NCBI GenBank assembly: GCA_963793265.1
Contig: CAWBZI010000002.1
Location: 160,001 to 224,000, forward strand
Direction: 5' to 3'
Length of the DNA stretch: 64,000 bases
Source of the DNA: an uncultured cyanobacterium
GTDB lineage: Bacteria > Cyanobacteriota > Cyanobacteriia > Phormidesmidales > Phormidesmidaceae
The translations under genes and the position numbers were made by a program. This document shows, piece after piece, positions 50,124 to 60,518 of this stretch. The number at the start of each line of letters is the position of its first letter. Positions within the stretch are counted from its first letter, which is position 1. The notes beneath the pieces were generated by a model. It searched no databases and was not told the origin of the DNA. It saw nothing but the letters and a program-made list of their open reading frames with translations.

Positions 50124-51287
50124 CTACCCCAGAGGCCCCGCCGAGATAATCTTCTCTAGTGCCCCAATCACCGCGTCAGCGTCTTCATGTCGAAGCTGAG
50201 CATACCAGTCTTTTGTCATTTCCTCATCTTTTCCATAAATCGTATCGGTACGCTTACGCGCTTTTAGCACCAGATCAGCCGTCCGCGACTTGCGCGCTTT
50301 CTCATAGCGTAATAAAGCATCTTCTACACTAATGTTGGTTGTCACCAAAGTCCGAGAGAGTACCAGGGCATCTTCCATCGCCTGACAGCCGCCCTGACCC
50401 AGGGTTGGCGTCGTCGCGTGAGCCGAGTCGCCTAGCACTGCAATCCGTCCTTTTACCAACCGCTCCGGCGGGTCAATATCGCAAATCTCAATGCGGTTTG
50501 TCTTTGTCGGATCGAGGGCCTTAATCAAAGATTGAACCGCCTCAGGCCAGCCTTCAAAGTGTTGAAATAGCTCCTCACGGCGGTCTTCAGGCGCGGTTTG
50601 AGAGCCTTCTGCCATGGGTACCCCAAAAAAGAAGTAGAAGCGATCGCCCGCCACCGGCATCATCGAAGCCCGCTTACCATCGCCCACATACAGCACCCAG
50701 TTGTCGGCATCGCACAGCACCGGGTCAGCGTCCACCAGCCCATTCCAGTTCACATAGCCCGCATAGCGCAAATCTATTGGCTTGCCCAGCACGTGGGCGC
50801 GCGTAATCGAATGAATCCCATCGGCTCCAATCAATACGTCTCCTGTTGCACTGCTGCCGTCTTCAAAAAATGCGGTTGCACTGTTCTCATCCTGTTTTAC
50901 TGACGTACACTTCATACCCAAACGTACCTCATCTTCGCCAAATGCCTCTAGCAGCATCTTTTGCAGGTCAGTTCGCGCCACCGGATACGGCCTTTGCCCG
51001 ACTTTTTCAAACAGCGGCTCCAGTGGAATATTCGTCAATCGCTCATCTTGATGGCTGCGATATTCCATCCGGTTCATCTGCCCGCCAATCGCCGCCATCT
51101 CACGGCCTAATCCCAGTTGATTAAGCACCTTAACACCGTTAGACCAAAGCGAAATCCCAGCGCCCGCCGGACGAAGTTCGCGCACCCGATCGTAAATCTC
51201 AACGCTGTAGCCTAGCTGTTTGAGCGCGATGCCAGTAGTGAGTCCGCCGATTCCGGCACCGATAATAATGACTTTGAGATCGTACAC
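50124..51287 (-). CDS. hpxO: FAD-dependent urate hydroxylase
   Basis: [24 protein letters not shown] and [15 protein letters not shown] motifs; adjacent to uraH. Confidence 0.88.
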   Translation of the reverse strand: MYDLKVIIIGAGIGGLTTGIALKQLGYSVEIYDRVRELRPAGAGISLWSNGVKVLNQLGLGREMAAIGGQMNRMEYRSHQDERLTNIPLEPLFEKVGQRPYPVARTDLQKMLLEAFGEDEVRLGMKCTSVKQDENSATAFFEDGSSATGDVLIGADGIHSITRAHVLGKPIDLRYAGYVNWNGLVDADPVLCDADNWVLYVGDGKRASMMPVAGDRFYFFFGVPMAEGSQTAPEDRREELFQHFEGWPEAVQSLIKALDPTKTNRIEICDIDPPERLVKGRIAVLGDSAHATTPTLGQGGCQAMEDALVLSRTLVTTNISVEDALLRYEKARKSRTADLVLKARKRTDTIYGKDEEMTKDWYAQLRHEDADAVIGALEKIISAGPLG

Positions 51288-51333
51288 AGTGAAGGGGGCT
51301 CCGTAGGTGCTTGGCTGTTATGTTAGCGCCATG

Positions 51334-52581
51334 TTAGCGATAGAGACGGTCTAGTTTTAGTAGCGATCGCAACAAAACATTAGCCCCCCGCGTACATTGC
51401 TCAGGAGAAGTATATTCATCCCCCGAATGACTAATGCCCTCCTTACTCGGCACAAAAATCATTCCCATGTCCGTAAAGCGCCCAATCTCTTGCGCATCGT
51501 GACTCGCCCGACTCGGCAAATGCGTGAAAGAAAGTCCTAGCTCCTCACAGCTTTCAACAATCAGCGCCTGCACATTCACTGCCGCCAGCGTGGGCTCTAC
51601 CTGAAGCTCCGGCTTAATCCGAATGCGCGTCCGCGTCGCCACCGCCACCGTTTCAATTTTCCGGCGCAGTTGATTGAGCATATGGTTAATCACATCTTGA
51701 GAGAGATCGCGCATATCTAAGCTAAATTCAACAGAACCCGGCACGGTGTTAATAGAGTTAGGCCAAACTTGCAGCGTGCCGACCGTCGCGACCGGATCGC
51801 CTGGAAAGTGTTTGGCAATATCTTCTATCGCCAGAATTAAGTGTGCGGCTGTAGTCAAAGCATCTTTACGCATGTTCATCGGCGTAGTCCCAGCATGATT
51901 TGCGCGTCCTTGAATCGTAATTCGGTGCCGCTGCTGGCCAACAATCCCTTCAACCACGCCAATATCAGTTTCAATCGCCTCTAAAACGCCGCCCTGTTCC
52001 ACGTGAAGTTCAACAAAGCAAGCAATGTCTTCGCGAGTACGACGCGCGGTTGCAAGTTTGTCCCAATCGCCGCCTGCCTTAGCTAAACACGTCTGAATCG
52101 GTTCGTCATTGAGGGTTTCATAGCGTTCGGGCTCCTGAGCAGCGGTGCCTGCGATCGCCTTAGAGCCCACCATCGTCCGCTCCTCATCGGCAAAGGCAAT
52201 CACCTCAAAAGGGTGTTGTAGCCTCATGTCATTCTCTTGCAGCACCCGCACCACCTCTAGCCCGGCCATCACCCCCAGCGAGCCATCAAAGCGCCCCCCG
52301 GAAAATACCGTGTCAATATGAGAGCCTGTGGCCAGCGCCCTTGCCTCAGCATCTAACCCCGGATAGCGCCCAATAATATTGCTGCCCGCATCGGTATGCA
52401 CCGTCATGCCTGCCGCCTGCATCCAGTCGCGCAGCTTTTCTCTAGCCGCCAAGTCCGCATCAGAAAACGCCAGTCGCTTGATGGTTTTATCGGGCTGTCT
52501 GCCGATCTGGGCGAGTTCTTCCAGGGTTTGATTGAGGCGATCGCCATTGACCGCGAGCGATAACGTTTGGGGCATAAGCAT
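51334..52581 (-). CDS. M20 Zn amidohydrolase (allantoate amidohydrolase/N-carbamoylase family)
   Basis: GSHIDT, FDGSLG, DEE, ELHVEQG, NHAGTTPM, HDA and GISH motifs. Confidence 0.9.
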   Translation of the reverse strand: MLMPQTLSLAVNGDRLNQTLEELAQIGRQPDKTIKRLAFSDADLAAREKLRDWMQAAGMTVHTDAGSNIIGRYPGLDAEARALATGSHIDTVFSGGRFDGSLGVMAGLEVVRVLQENDMRLQHPFEVIAFADEERTMVGSKAIAGTAAQEPERYETLNDEPIQTCLAKAGGDWDKLATARRTREDIACFVELHVEQGGVLEAIETDIGVVEGIVGQQRHRITIQGRANHAGTTPMNMRKDALTTAAHLILAIEDIAKHFPGDPVATVGTLQVWPNSINTVPGSVEFSLDMRDLSQDVINHMLNQLRRKIETVAVATRTRIRIKPELQVEPTLAAVNVQALIVESCEELGLSFTHLPSRASHDAQEIGRFTDMGMIFVPSKEGISHSGDEYTSPEQCTRGANVLLRSLLKLDRLYR

Positions 52582-52847
52582 GAGTGCTATAGAGCAAGTA
52601 GTGTAAAAGGAACCTGCCACTGAGCATAGAACAACTCGGTAAAATTATCTGCCCATCTGATCTCCTAGCTACCGTGTCCATATGTCGTATAGGGCGATCT
52701 CAATTTCTACAATAATCAAAATGGTAAGGTACTCAGCCTTTTGGCGATAGTGGTTAGCGATCACGTTGCATTACAGCTTAAAGTAGGAAGTAAGTTTCGT
52801 AGTTGTAGCCTAGCGAGAAATGATTGTCTTTGGTGGAGGTAGTGACA

Positions 52848-53153
52848 GTGAGTGAATTTATATTGGAGCGTGATCGCCTGCAAAATCTGCTAAGAGACTT
52901 TATGAATCAGCACGGAGCTGACTATCATCTACAAAAAATTGGCTTTTTCGGTTCTTACGCTCGCGGACAGGCAACGGCTGACAGTGACGTAGATATTGTG
53001 TTTGCCACTGATAAACCTAACTTAATGACGACTTCTGCGATAAAGCAAGACTTAGAAGCTTTGCTAGGTCGAAAAGTCGATGTGATCCGTTTGCATCAAT
53101 ATCTAAGTCCGGGATTTAGAGCAAGGATAGAAGAAGAGGCCGTTTATGTCTAG
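52848..53153 (+). CDS. Minimal nucleotidyltransferase (MNT antitoxin)
   Basis: FFGSYARG..DSDVDI and LGRKVDV motifs; GGAGGT before the GTG. Confidence 0.88.
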   Translation: MSEFILERDRLQNLLRDFMNQHGADYHLQKIGFFGSYARGQATADSDVDIVFATDKPNLMTTSAIKQDLEALLGRKVDVIRLHQYLSPGFRARIEEEAVYV

Positions 53154-53539
53154 TAGCGATATCGTTTTGCTCCGGCAGCGACTACAGGCTGTTCTGACTG
53201 CGCTAGAAAGGATTCCTCAGCGTTTTGAGACCATCTCCGAACCTGATGACTTTGTAAGTACTGACTTCGGCCTAGAAAAGTTAGACAGTATCTGTATGGT
53301 ATTGATTGCCGCAGGCGAAGAATTCAAGCAAATTGATCGCAAAACTGAAGGCAAGCTATTTGCGAAGTACGCTCAAATATCATGGCGAGACGCAATTGGA
53401 TTACGCAATGTACTCGCGCACGCTTATTTTCCAAGTTGACCCAGCCCAGATTTACGGTATCTGTGAGCAAAATGTCCCGGAGCTGATTGAAGCTTTGCAG
53501 CAAATGATTCGCGATCTAAAGCATGATTCTACGCTCTAA
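53146..53539 (+). pseudogene. HEPN/DUF86 RNase toxin with a frameshift
   Basis: GEEFK, W..AIGLRNVLAHAYF (RX4H); an extra T near 53427-53430 shifts the tail QVDPAQIY.. into another frame. Confidence 0.8.
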
Positions 53540-53804
53540 AGGCATTAAGAATCATGCTCAACTAAGAAGGAGGCTCCATAGCAAGTGGAACTATGACCTC
53601 ATATATTATGTAGCTTCTATCGAATTGCTCAAATAACTTTAAGACCTACAATGCTAGATGTAAATATGTCTGACGGTATTAGGAGAGTGGATGCCTATGG
53701 TTTCAACGCTTTTATCGTGGGTCAGTAGGCTCTGCTTCAATAATACACTTGATAAGCTGTTCAAATTCTTCAGCACCTTCCAAAGAGATTGTTTCTGAGT
53801 TATT

Positions 53805-55090
53805 AGGGGATAGCAAACAAATAGATTACCAGTCATAATGAGAGTCCGTCAGGTGAGGGTAGTCAATGCTAGAAGACCGGGTAAAAGTGACGCTGAAGGA
53901 TGCAGCTAAGAAGCTAACGGGTTCAAAGAAGCGTGCGTTTATGGCACAGGTCGCAGCGGACTACTTCGAGAGTTCAGCAAGAAAGGCAGAAACCTATCTG
54001 GGCTGGGGCGAGCAACCGTTCAACTAGGTCTGCATGAACGCCGAGTGGGCGTTGTGTGTCTAGACAATTATCAAGCTAGAGGCGACAAAACAACGGAAGC
54101 AAAACAGCCACAGCTAGAGATAGATATCCGACAATTAGTGGACGGTCAGTCGCAGGCAGACCCGCAACTGAGAACCACGTTTTACTATGCTAGGGTGAGC
54201 GCTCAAGCGGTGAGAGACGCGCTGATAGAAGAGAAAGGCTACACCGACGAGTCACTGCCCTCGCGCCAGACTATCGGCACAATGCTCAACCGGATGGGCT
54301 ACCGCCTAAAAAAACGCAAAAAGTAAAGCCGCATAAGAAAGCGCCTGAAACTGACGCTATCTTTGAGAACGTCGCCTCTGCTCACAAGCTAGCTGATGCG
54401 AACCCTAAAGTACTGCGATTGTCTATCGATACAAAGGCGAAGGTCGCAATTGGCAATCTCTCTAGAGGCGGGAAAGCGAGAGTCCTCGAACCGTTGCAAG
54501 CCGACGACCACGACCATTACCAGCAAGCGACGCTGGTGCCGTTCGGCATTCTTGATGTTTTAGGTCATCAACTCTCTATCTATTTCGGTCAGTCAGCTGA
54601 AACCAGCGACTTCATTGTCGATTGCCTAAGGGCTTGGTGGCAGCGCCATCGAAGTGATTATCCAGGCATCGAAGAATGGGTCATTGACTTGGACAATGGG
54701 CCTGCCATCAACAGTCATCGGACTCAGTTCATCAAGCGGATGGTCGAGCTTGCTCAAAATATACAGCTCAAGATACGCCTAATCTACTATCCGCCTTATC
54801 ACAGCAAATATAATTCAATAGAGCGCGCTGCTGGGCTGCGCTAGAACATTATTGGAATGGCGCTATTCTAGATACCGTTGAGACAGCTCTACAGTGGACG
54901 ACCAATATGAAATGGAATGGCTTTACACCCATTGTAGAGTTAGTCGAAACTGTCTATCCCAAAGGCGTCAAGCTCTCTGCTGCTGAACTAAAGCCCTTCG
55001 CTGAACAATGGCTGCGATCTGAAACTCTGCCCAAATGGGATATCACCATTGTTCCTATTTAGACGGTACCTTATTCTTTTGCTACTCCCT
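53805..55090 (+). mobile_element. ISAzo13-family-like insertion sequence with a frameshifted transposase (53866-55062)
   Basis: Imperfect terminal IRs AGGGGATAGCAAACAAATA / rc AGGGAGTAGCAAAAGAATA; TATT repeated on both flanks; SIDTKAKV, DLDNG and YYPPYHSKYNSIER motifs. Confidence 0.88.
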
Positions 55091-55379
55091 TATTGCAGCA
55101 GTTGCTGCCGAATGATAGGAAACACTATTGCTGATCGACGAAAGCTAAAAGAAAAACTTGAAATCGCTATTCGAGACATTGAATTTCTGCTAAAAGTAGA
55201 AGAAAGCCACTGCGAACATAACCGACACAATAACAGACCCTCGCGCAAGAATACTGTCCGTGACGAAGTGAGAGAAAGAGAGACGAACCTAGATTTTTCA
55301 GGGCAGTTTACGCCTGGGAGAGTGCGAGCTAACAAGCGGTTTTGATAGCCACCACCGCTGAAGTATCTAGCACGCGAAT

Positions 55380-55714
55380 TCATTTACGGTTAGCCGCCTC
55401 TCGCCGCCGCCAAATCTGAAGGAAAGCCAATCCCATCCCCGATCTATTGCTCATTGTGCCAACCTGCCCCTTACGAAGACTCAGATCAGGCAAATCCTTA
55501 GTCAGAATGACAACATCTAAAAATTCCACAACACTGATCTCCTAAACCTAAAGAACATAGCAAGTAATAAGTCGAGGAAAAGTTTCGCCACTATCCCTAA
55601 CACAGCGCGAAAAACAACGGCCTTATGACGGCCTTCGGAATGCTCTTGGTTGAGCGCGTAACCCTCTAACTTTCCTGAGGGTATAGTCGCTTTATCAGGA
55701 TTAGGTAGCTTCAT
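55380..55714 (-). pseudogene. Truncated DUF6883-like and DUF4926-like gene pair
   Basis: MKLPNPDKATIPSGKLEGYALN.EH..GRHKA.VF..VLG, then from GTG 55529 EFLDVVILTKDLPDLSLRKGQVGT; both lose similarity mid-domain. Confidence 0.6.
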
Positions 55715-55732
55715 AAATTAGCGCCTGATATG

Positions 55733-56437
55733 CTAGGCCCGCGGCTTGCGAAACAGCGAACCCTCTGATCTAATCCCCTGAAGCTCCTGAACAACTCTAG
55801 CCTTACTCGCCACCAAATGCTCACGTATCGCCAGCGTTGCTGCTTCGGGTTCGCGCTGCACAATTGCGGTCACAATTCGCTCATGCTCCGCCCAAATTTC
55901 TAATACCTCTGGATTGCTGTAGGTCGTTGTTAGCCGCAGCAGTGCCATCTTACTAAAAATCTGCTCTAGCAGCTCAGCGAGCCAGGGATTGCCCGAACTT
56001 TCGGCCAGTAGCCGGTGAAAGCTCTGGTCAATTTGTAAACGATTCTCTAGCTCATCGGCCTGATCTTGCCGCTCGCCCATAGTTTTCACAGCATCCGCCA
56101 AATTAGCCTGGGCCAGGCAGTCTTGCAAATCCTCAATCTGCCGGGCCGTCGCGTTCTCACAGGCACCAACCACCGCTACCTGTTCCAAGCCCAAGCGACA
56201 GTCGTATAGATGGATTGCATCGGCAATCGTGATGGTTGTAACCCTGATGCCGCTGCCGCGATCGCCCTCTATTAGCCCCTCCTGCTGTAGCTGCCGAATC
56301 GCCTCTCGAATAGGCGTTCTGCTCACCGAAAAGCGATCAGCCAAATTCTGTTCTATCAGGCTCTCGCCAGCGGCAATATTGCCAGATAATATTGCCTGCC
56401 GTAGCGCTAGATACGTTTTGCTAAAAAGCTTGCCCAT
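55733..56437 (-). CDS. GntR family regulator (FCD domain)
   Basis: LIEQNLADRFSVSRTPIREAI HTH; FH..L...SGN and EH..I..AI motifs. Confidence 0.93.
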   Translation of the reverse strand: MGKLFSKTYLALRQAILSGNIAAGESLIEQNLADRFSVSRTPIREAIRQLQQEGLIEGDRGSGIRVTTITIADAIHLYDCRLGLEQVAVVGACENATARQIEDLQDCLAQANLADAVKTMGERQDQADELENRLQIDQSFHRLLAESSGNPWLAELLEQIFSKMALLRLTTTYSNPEVLEIWAEHERIVTAIVQREPEAATLAIREHLVASKARVVQELQGIRSEGSLFRKPRA

Positions 56438-56536
56438 ATATAAAAGCTAGAAAGTAAACAGCATCAAAAGGTTAGACATGCATAACATTTTAGCCGGGCG
56501 CGATCGCTATTTTGATGCTAATCTGCTCGTATTCCA

Positions 56537-56546
56537 TTGTATACAA
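56537..56546. promoter_or_regulatory. GntR-type palindrome in the divergent promoter
   Basis: TTGTATACAA, identical to 49661-49670. Confidence 0.6.
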
Positions 56547-56597
56547 ATTAATGGTTAGAAGTTTTACATTTCCAAAGCCGTTCATAGGAATCGCTGC

Positions 56598-57305
56598 GTG
56601 CCTTCTCCTGATATTGCCTACCAGCCGCAACCTGACTCAATCACCAGCAGCCCGGCCTTTTACAGTAGCCTGGTGGTCGAGCATATTGTTGCTAAAAGCA
56701 AAACTGCCGCCTTTGAGAACTGGTATCACACGCTAGCGCAAGCAGCAGCCCGCCATCAGGGCTTTGTTCGATCTGATAAATGCCCGCCTTTGGACTGCGC
56801 GGACGACGTTACTAAGTGGTATACCATTGTTCACTTTGACTCTCCTCAGCATCTGGATGCCTGGATCGGGTCTGAAGAACGTCAGAAAATTTTAAGGCTC
56901 GGACAAAAGTTTATGAGAGCCTATCGATTCAAGTCGTTTACAACAGGCTTGGAAGGATGGTTTTCGCAGCAATCTGCTAGCAGTGAACAGTCTGGCCTCG
57001 GCCCGCCCGCCTGGAAGCAAATTCTATCCGTTGTGTTTGGCCTGTATCCGATTGTGATGCTCAGGCTGAAGCTATTTCCGATGACGGGCATTATTGGCAC
57101 CTGGTCACCTGCGGGCGAGATGCTGCTAACCACGCTAGTGACCTCTTCTATTTTAGGCGTGGTTGTGATGCCGATGGTCACACGAATACTGGGCTTTTGG
57201 CTATATCCAGCCTATCGCCGCTCTGCGGTAAAAACTGACGCTTTGGGTTTAGCTATTATTCTCTTAGGACTGCTTTTTATGACCGCTATATTCGATAGAA
57301 TTTAA
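56598..57305 (+). CDS. ABM-like (dimeric alpha-beta barrel) domain membrane protein
   Basis: FENW..GF, IVHFDS..LDAWIGSEER, TGLEGWF and PPAWKQ motifs followed by TMs. Confidence 0.75.
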   Translation: MPSPDIAYQPQPDSITSSPAFYSSLVVEHIVAKSKTAAFENWYHTLAQAAARHQGFVRSDKCPPLDCADDVTKWYTIVHFDSPQHLDAWIGSEERQKILRLGQKFMRAYRFKSFTTGLEGWFSQQSASSEQSGLGPPAWKQILSVVFGLYPIVMLRLKLFPMTGIIGTWSPAGEMLLTTLVTSSILGVVVMPMVTRILGFWLYPAYRRSAVKTDALGLAIILLGLLFMTAIFDRI

Positions 57306-58130
57306 GACGTTTAGTGAGAGCTGGCCTAGAAAAAAACGTAGCTGCTGCTGAGTTTGCCAAATGTAGTCTGTTGGATTCCAAAGGCTTTGTAAGCCAAAGT
57401 CGATAAGCTGGGCCGGGACAAGGCGATCGCGTCGTTCTGCCAGCATCATTCGCTCTAGTATCCAAGGGTCGCGAGAATATTCTGGATGACCTGAAAACAC
57501 CAGAATGTGACTACCTAGCATCCAACCTAAGTGTTCGGTGACGCCGCTTGTGCCTAAAGAAACAGCACCCGGTGGCAGTCGAGTCACGCCATCGTTGTGA
57601 TGAACCTGAATGTCGTAGGCATCACGCTCCGTATGAAAATATTCCCGAGCAGCTTTCGTAAGACGAATAGTCACGACAGAAAGTTCGGTGCCGGGTGGGT
57701 TGGGCTCCACCTTGCCGCCTAGTGCCTGCGCTACGATTTGCGGTGCGAAGGAAAAACCTGAGAGCGGAATTTTTTGCTTGTGATAGTCTCTGATGACTTC
57801 ACATAGGCGCAATATCCAGTCGTCTGTGTCGTACGCGCCGCTAGCAGAGCCTGAGATAACAACGCCGTCTAAGCCGTTGAGTTCTGTGGGTGTGGGATAG
57901 TGAAATTTGCGCGGCTCATATTTGATTAGCTCGACATGACTGAGCGCAACGCCGCCTAAATCTGTTGGATCGCTTTGCTGGCAAACCTCTGTAAAGAGCT
58001 GCTGGTGCATATCGTAGAAACCGTCAGGGTAGCGCTCTAACAGCTCGGGAGCCCACCAGCGTAGGTCATCGGTGCCAACGTCAAAGCTGGCGAGGCGAAG
58101 GCTTTTAGAAATAGGCAGTTTAGAGGGCAT
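57264..58130 (-). CDS. Class I glutamine amidotransferase-like protein
   Basis: DGVVISGS, GFSFAPQIVAQALGG (nucleophile elbow with Ser), HNDGV and GHPE motifs. Confidence 0.8.
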   Translation of the reverse strand: MPSKLPISKSLRLASFDVGTDDLRWWAPELLERYPDGFYDMHQQLFTEVCQQSDPTDLGGVALSHVELIKYEPRKFHYPTPTELNGLDGVVISGSASGAYDTDDWILRLCEVIRDYHKQKIPLSGFSFAPQIVAQALGGKVEPNPPGTELSVVTIRLTKAAREYFHTERDAYDIQVHHNDGVTRLPPGAVSLGTSGVTEHLGWMLGSHILVFSGHPEYSRDPWILERMMLAERRDRLVPAQLIDFGLQSLWNPTDYIWQTQQQLRFFLGQLSLNVLNSIEYSGHKKQS

Positions 58131-58141
58131 AGTTGCAGTTC

Positions 58142-59044
58142 TTACAGCGCTAAAGCATCCTGACAATAGTCTTCTAAGAACGGCGTACGGTAGCCGTTTT
58201 GCTGGCTCCACAGAATAGGGTAGAAACTTTCGTGTAGTTCCAACGTATCCATCAGGCGATAGCGGTCAAAGATATAGCCGTTGCCGTTACCGAATGTTCT
58301 TTTTTGAGGCTTGTATTGAGCTTCGCCTGCTAGCGTTGTGATAGAAAGACTTTGCCTGGTTTTGGTATCACTCAGATTACGGTCTGAGCCATGCCACAGG
58401 TCACCGTGCAGGAAAACAGCGCTGCCGTTTGGAACTGTCAAAGAGAGAATTTCTGGTTTTGCAATGCCTGCTTCGTCTGCTGCTTGCCAGAGGGGGGCGC
58501 GGTAGTCTTCTTCGGGCGCGTGGAGAAAGCGAGCCTTTTCTGCTTTGAGACTGTGGGGAGCGCGGGGCCACTGATGAGAGCCCGCAGCCACCTCCAAGGG
58601 ACTGGTGTCGAGGGTAGCGTGGCTGAGGGCGATCCAACAGGTTGTGGAGACTGGTGGGTCAATGGCCTGAACGTAGGCGTTGTTGCGGTGAAAATATAGC
58701 TCGGGGGCGTTGGGTGGTTTGGCCCAGAAGGTGTCTAGGCCGTAGCGGGCGCTGGCTTGGCCCATAAGGGTGGCGTTAAGGCGGGCGATCGCACTCGAAA
58801 GCGTAAAGCCAGCCAGGGTGCGATCACATCGCCAGAGCCCTGTCATTTGTCGGGTGGCATTCGGCTGGCTAAGGCCGGGGCGACCATACCATTCATCGGG
58901 ATAAATGCCGGTTTCAAACTGGGTGTGAAATAGGCGATCGCACCGCTCAATAATCAGTGAAACCTGTTCTTCATTCAGCAGATTATCAACAACAAGATAG
59001 CCCTGCTTATGGAAGATCTTCTTCTGTTCAGCAGTGATCTTCAT
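58142..59044 (-). CDS. PhyH family Fe/2OG dioxygenase-like protein
   Basis: FHKQGYLVV, KPP, FHRN, TCWIAL, GSH.W and HGDLWHGS motifs. Confidence 0.85.
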   Translation of the reverse strand: MKITAEQKKIFHKQGYLVVDNLLNEEQVSLIIERCDRLFHTQFETGIYPDEWYGRPGLSQPNATRQMTGLWRCDRTLAGFTLSSAIARLNATLMGQASARYGLDTFWAKPPNAPELYFHRNNAYVQAIDPPVSTTCWIALSHATLDTSPLEVAAGSHQWPRAPHSLKAEKARFLHAPEEDYRAPLWQAADEAGIAKPEILSLTVPNGSAVFLHGDLWHGSDRNLSDTKTRQSLSITTLAGEAQYKPQKRTFGNGNGYIFDRYRLMDTLELHESFYPILWSQQNGYRTPFLEDYCQDALAL

Positions 59045-59931
59045 AGGTCACGATCTAAGAACGGCGTACGATAGCCGTCTTCGCGCCAAACAATCGGGAA
59101 AAAGCTCTCGTCCATGGTGTCGTCGCCATGGCGGCGGTATTTAGCCGCGATGTAGCCGCCGGGAATGTAGGAACCTGCTGATTGAAACTTAGACTCGGCA
59201 GGCACATGAATAATCACCAAACTGCGGCGCACAACGTTTGCGATGTTTTGCCCTGAACCGTGCCAGATGTTGCCATGATGAAAAACGCAGCTTCCGGGAG
59301 AAAGCGTCATCTGCACAACTTCTGGACTTTTAGCGCCCGCCTGCTCGGCAGCAACTTCCATTTGAGAAAGGTAGCTTTTATCTTTATTATGAAACTCTGC
59401 GACGGCTCCTGATCTGGGCCAGGTGTGCGAGCCCGGTACATACTCAATCGTGCTAGCGCCCGGAAAAGCGTTGCTCAAAGCTACCCAGCAGGTCGTTGTT
59501 TCACCAACGGGCGTATGGGCGTTAATGTACATAGAGTCTTGATGCAGCGTAGTTTCTTTGGCATTGTGAGGCTTTTGCCACAGGCCATCGGTGAGCAGCC
59601 TAGCGCCTGACCAGCCTTCTAGAGTCGCGGCGATTTGGCCTGCTTTTTGAGACATCACCATGGCGGCTAGGGTGCGATCACATCGCCATACGCCCGTCAT
59701 TTGCCCGGCCACTTCCGAGCACCCCATATGCGGATTCCAGTGCCACTCATCAGGATAAACGCCCGTCTCAAACTCTCCTGCATACAGCAGATCGAATCGT
59801 TTCAAAAGACTTTCTACTTGCTCGGGTGAGAACAGATTTTCTACTACCAAAAAACCATCTTTTTGAAACTGCGCGATTTGTTCACGAGTCACCAGTGAGG
59901 GCTGTTTCGACAGTAGCGTATGAGTAGACAT
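59041..59931 (-). CDS. PhyH family Fe/2OG dioxygenase
   Basis: FQKDGFLVV, LHQD, TCWVAL, PGSHTW, HHGNIWHGS and RRS motifs. Confidence 0.9.
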   Translation of the reverse strand: MSTHTLLSKQPSLVTREQIAQFQKDGFLVVENLFSPEQVESLLKRFDLLYAGEFETGVYPDEWHWNPHMGCSEVAGQMTGVWRCDRTLAAMVMSQKAGQIAATLEGWSGARLLTDGLWQKPHNAKETTLHQDSMYINAHTPVGETTTCWVALSNAFPGASTIEYVPGSHTWPRSGAVAEFHNKDKSYLSQMEVAAEQAGAKSPEVVQMTLSPGSCVFHHGNIWHGSGQNIANVVRRSLVIIHVPAESKFQSAGSYIPGGYIAAKYRRHGDDTMDESFFPIVWREDGYRTPFLDRDL

Positions 59932-59958
59932 CGGATTTTATCTCTTTTATCAAAGTTA

Positions 59959-60429
59959 CTAATAATCGCGCGACCTAGCTTTTCGCGACAGTTGCTTTTT
60001 GTTTATCCGACGACCGCGCCTTTTCGCCTGCGCCTTAGAACGACCTAAAGGCGATAATCCCGCGCTCACTAGCCCTAACAGACCAAAGGGAACCGCCCTT
60101 CTCGAAGCCCCAAGCATATCCGCCTGAGCCGTCTTTTCTGGCCTTTTATCCATACGGGCTGACGGCTTCAAATCAGCCGCAACCAGAGAGAGCAGCCCAA
60201 TAACAATAAACGAACTCAGCCGATCCAGCGATTTATTCATCGTAGAAGGATGAGAATGAATGGTGTAGGTAGAGGCAATAAACCAAATAAATATGCCGAC
60301 AGCGACCAGCAGCGCAATGTTGTTAATAATCGGCGTACTGGCAAAGGTGTAAATGGCTCCTTCCGTTGGCCCGTCAGCGGCGGTATTGAACGCCTCTATG
60401 GTTGAAAATGGACTCGACATAAATTCCAC
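59959..60429 (-). CDS. Small membrane protein downstream of amt
   Basis: Two to three hydrophobic segments; GAIYTFA motif; AGAGGT before MSSPF. Confidence 0.6.
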   Translation of the reverse strand: MEFMSSPFSTIEAFNTAADGPTEGAIYTFASTPIINNIALLVAVGIFIWFIASTYTIHSHPSTMNKSLDRLSSFIVIGLLSLVAADLKPSARMDKRPEKTAQADMLGASRRAVPFGLLGLVSAGLSPLGRSKAQAKRRGRRINKKQLSRKARSRDY

Positions 60430-60479
60430 CTCTTTGCTTGTCTTGTTTGGAGATTGGTCTGTTTCGTAGGTTGTTGCGT

Positions 60480-60507
60480 CGGAGGGCGTAAGCCTTACGC
60501 CCCTACG
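60480..60507. repeat. GTAG-type REP-like palindrome
   Basis: CGGAGGGCGTAAGCCTTACGCCCCTACG. Confidence 0.6.
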
Positions 60508-60518
60508 GGTGGACGCGA

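Noticed and set aside
55049..55345. 98-aa ORF as an intact gene
   Set aside because: It starts inside the IS end; at most the tail of a disrupted gene that I could not reconstruct
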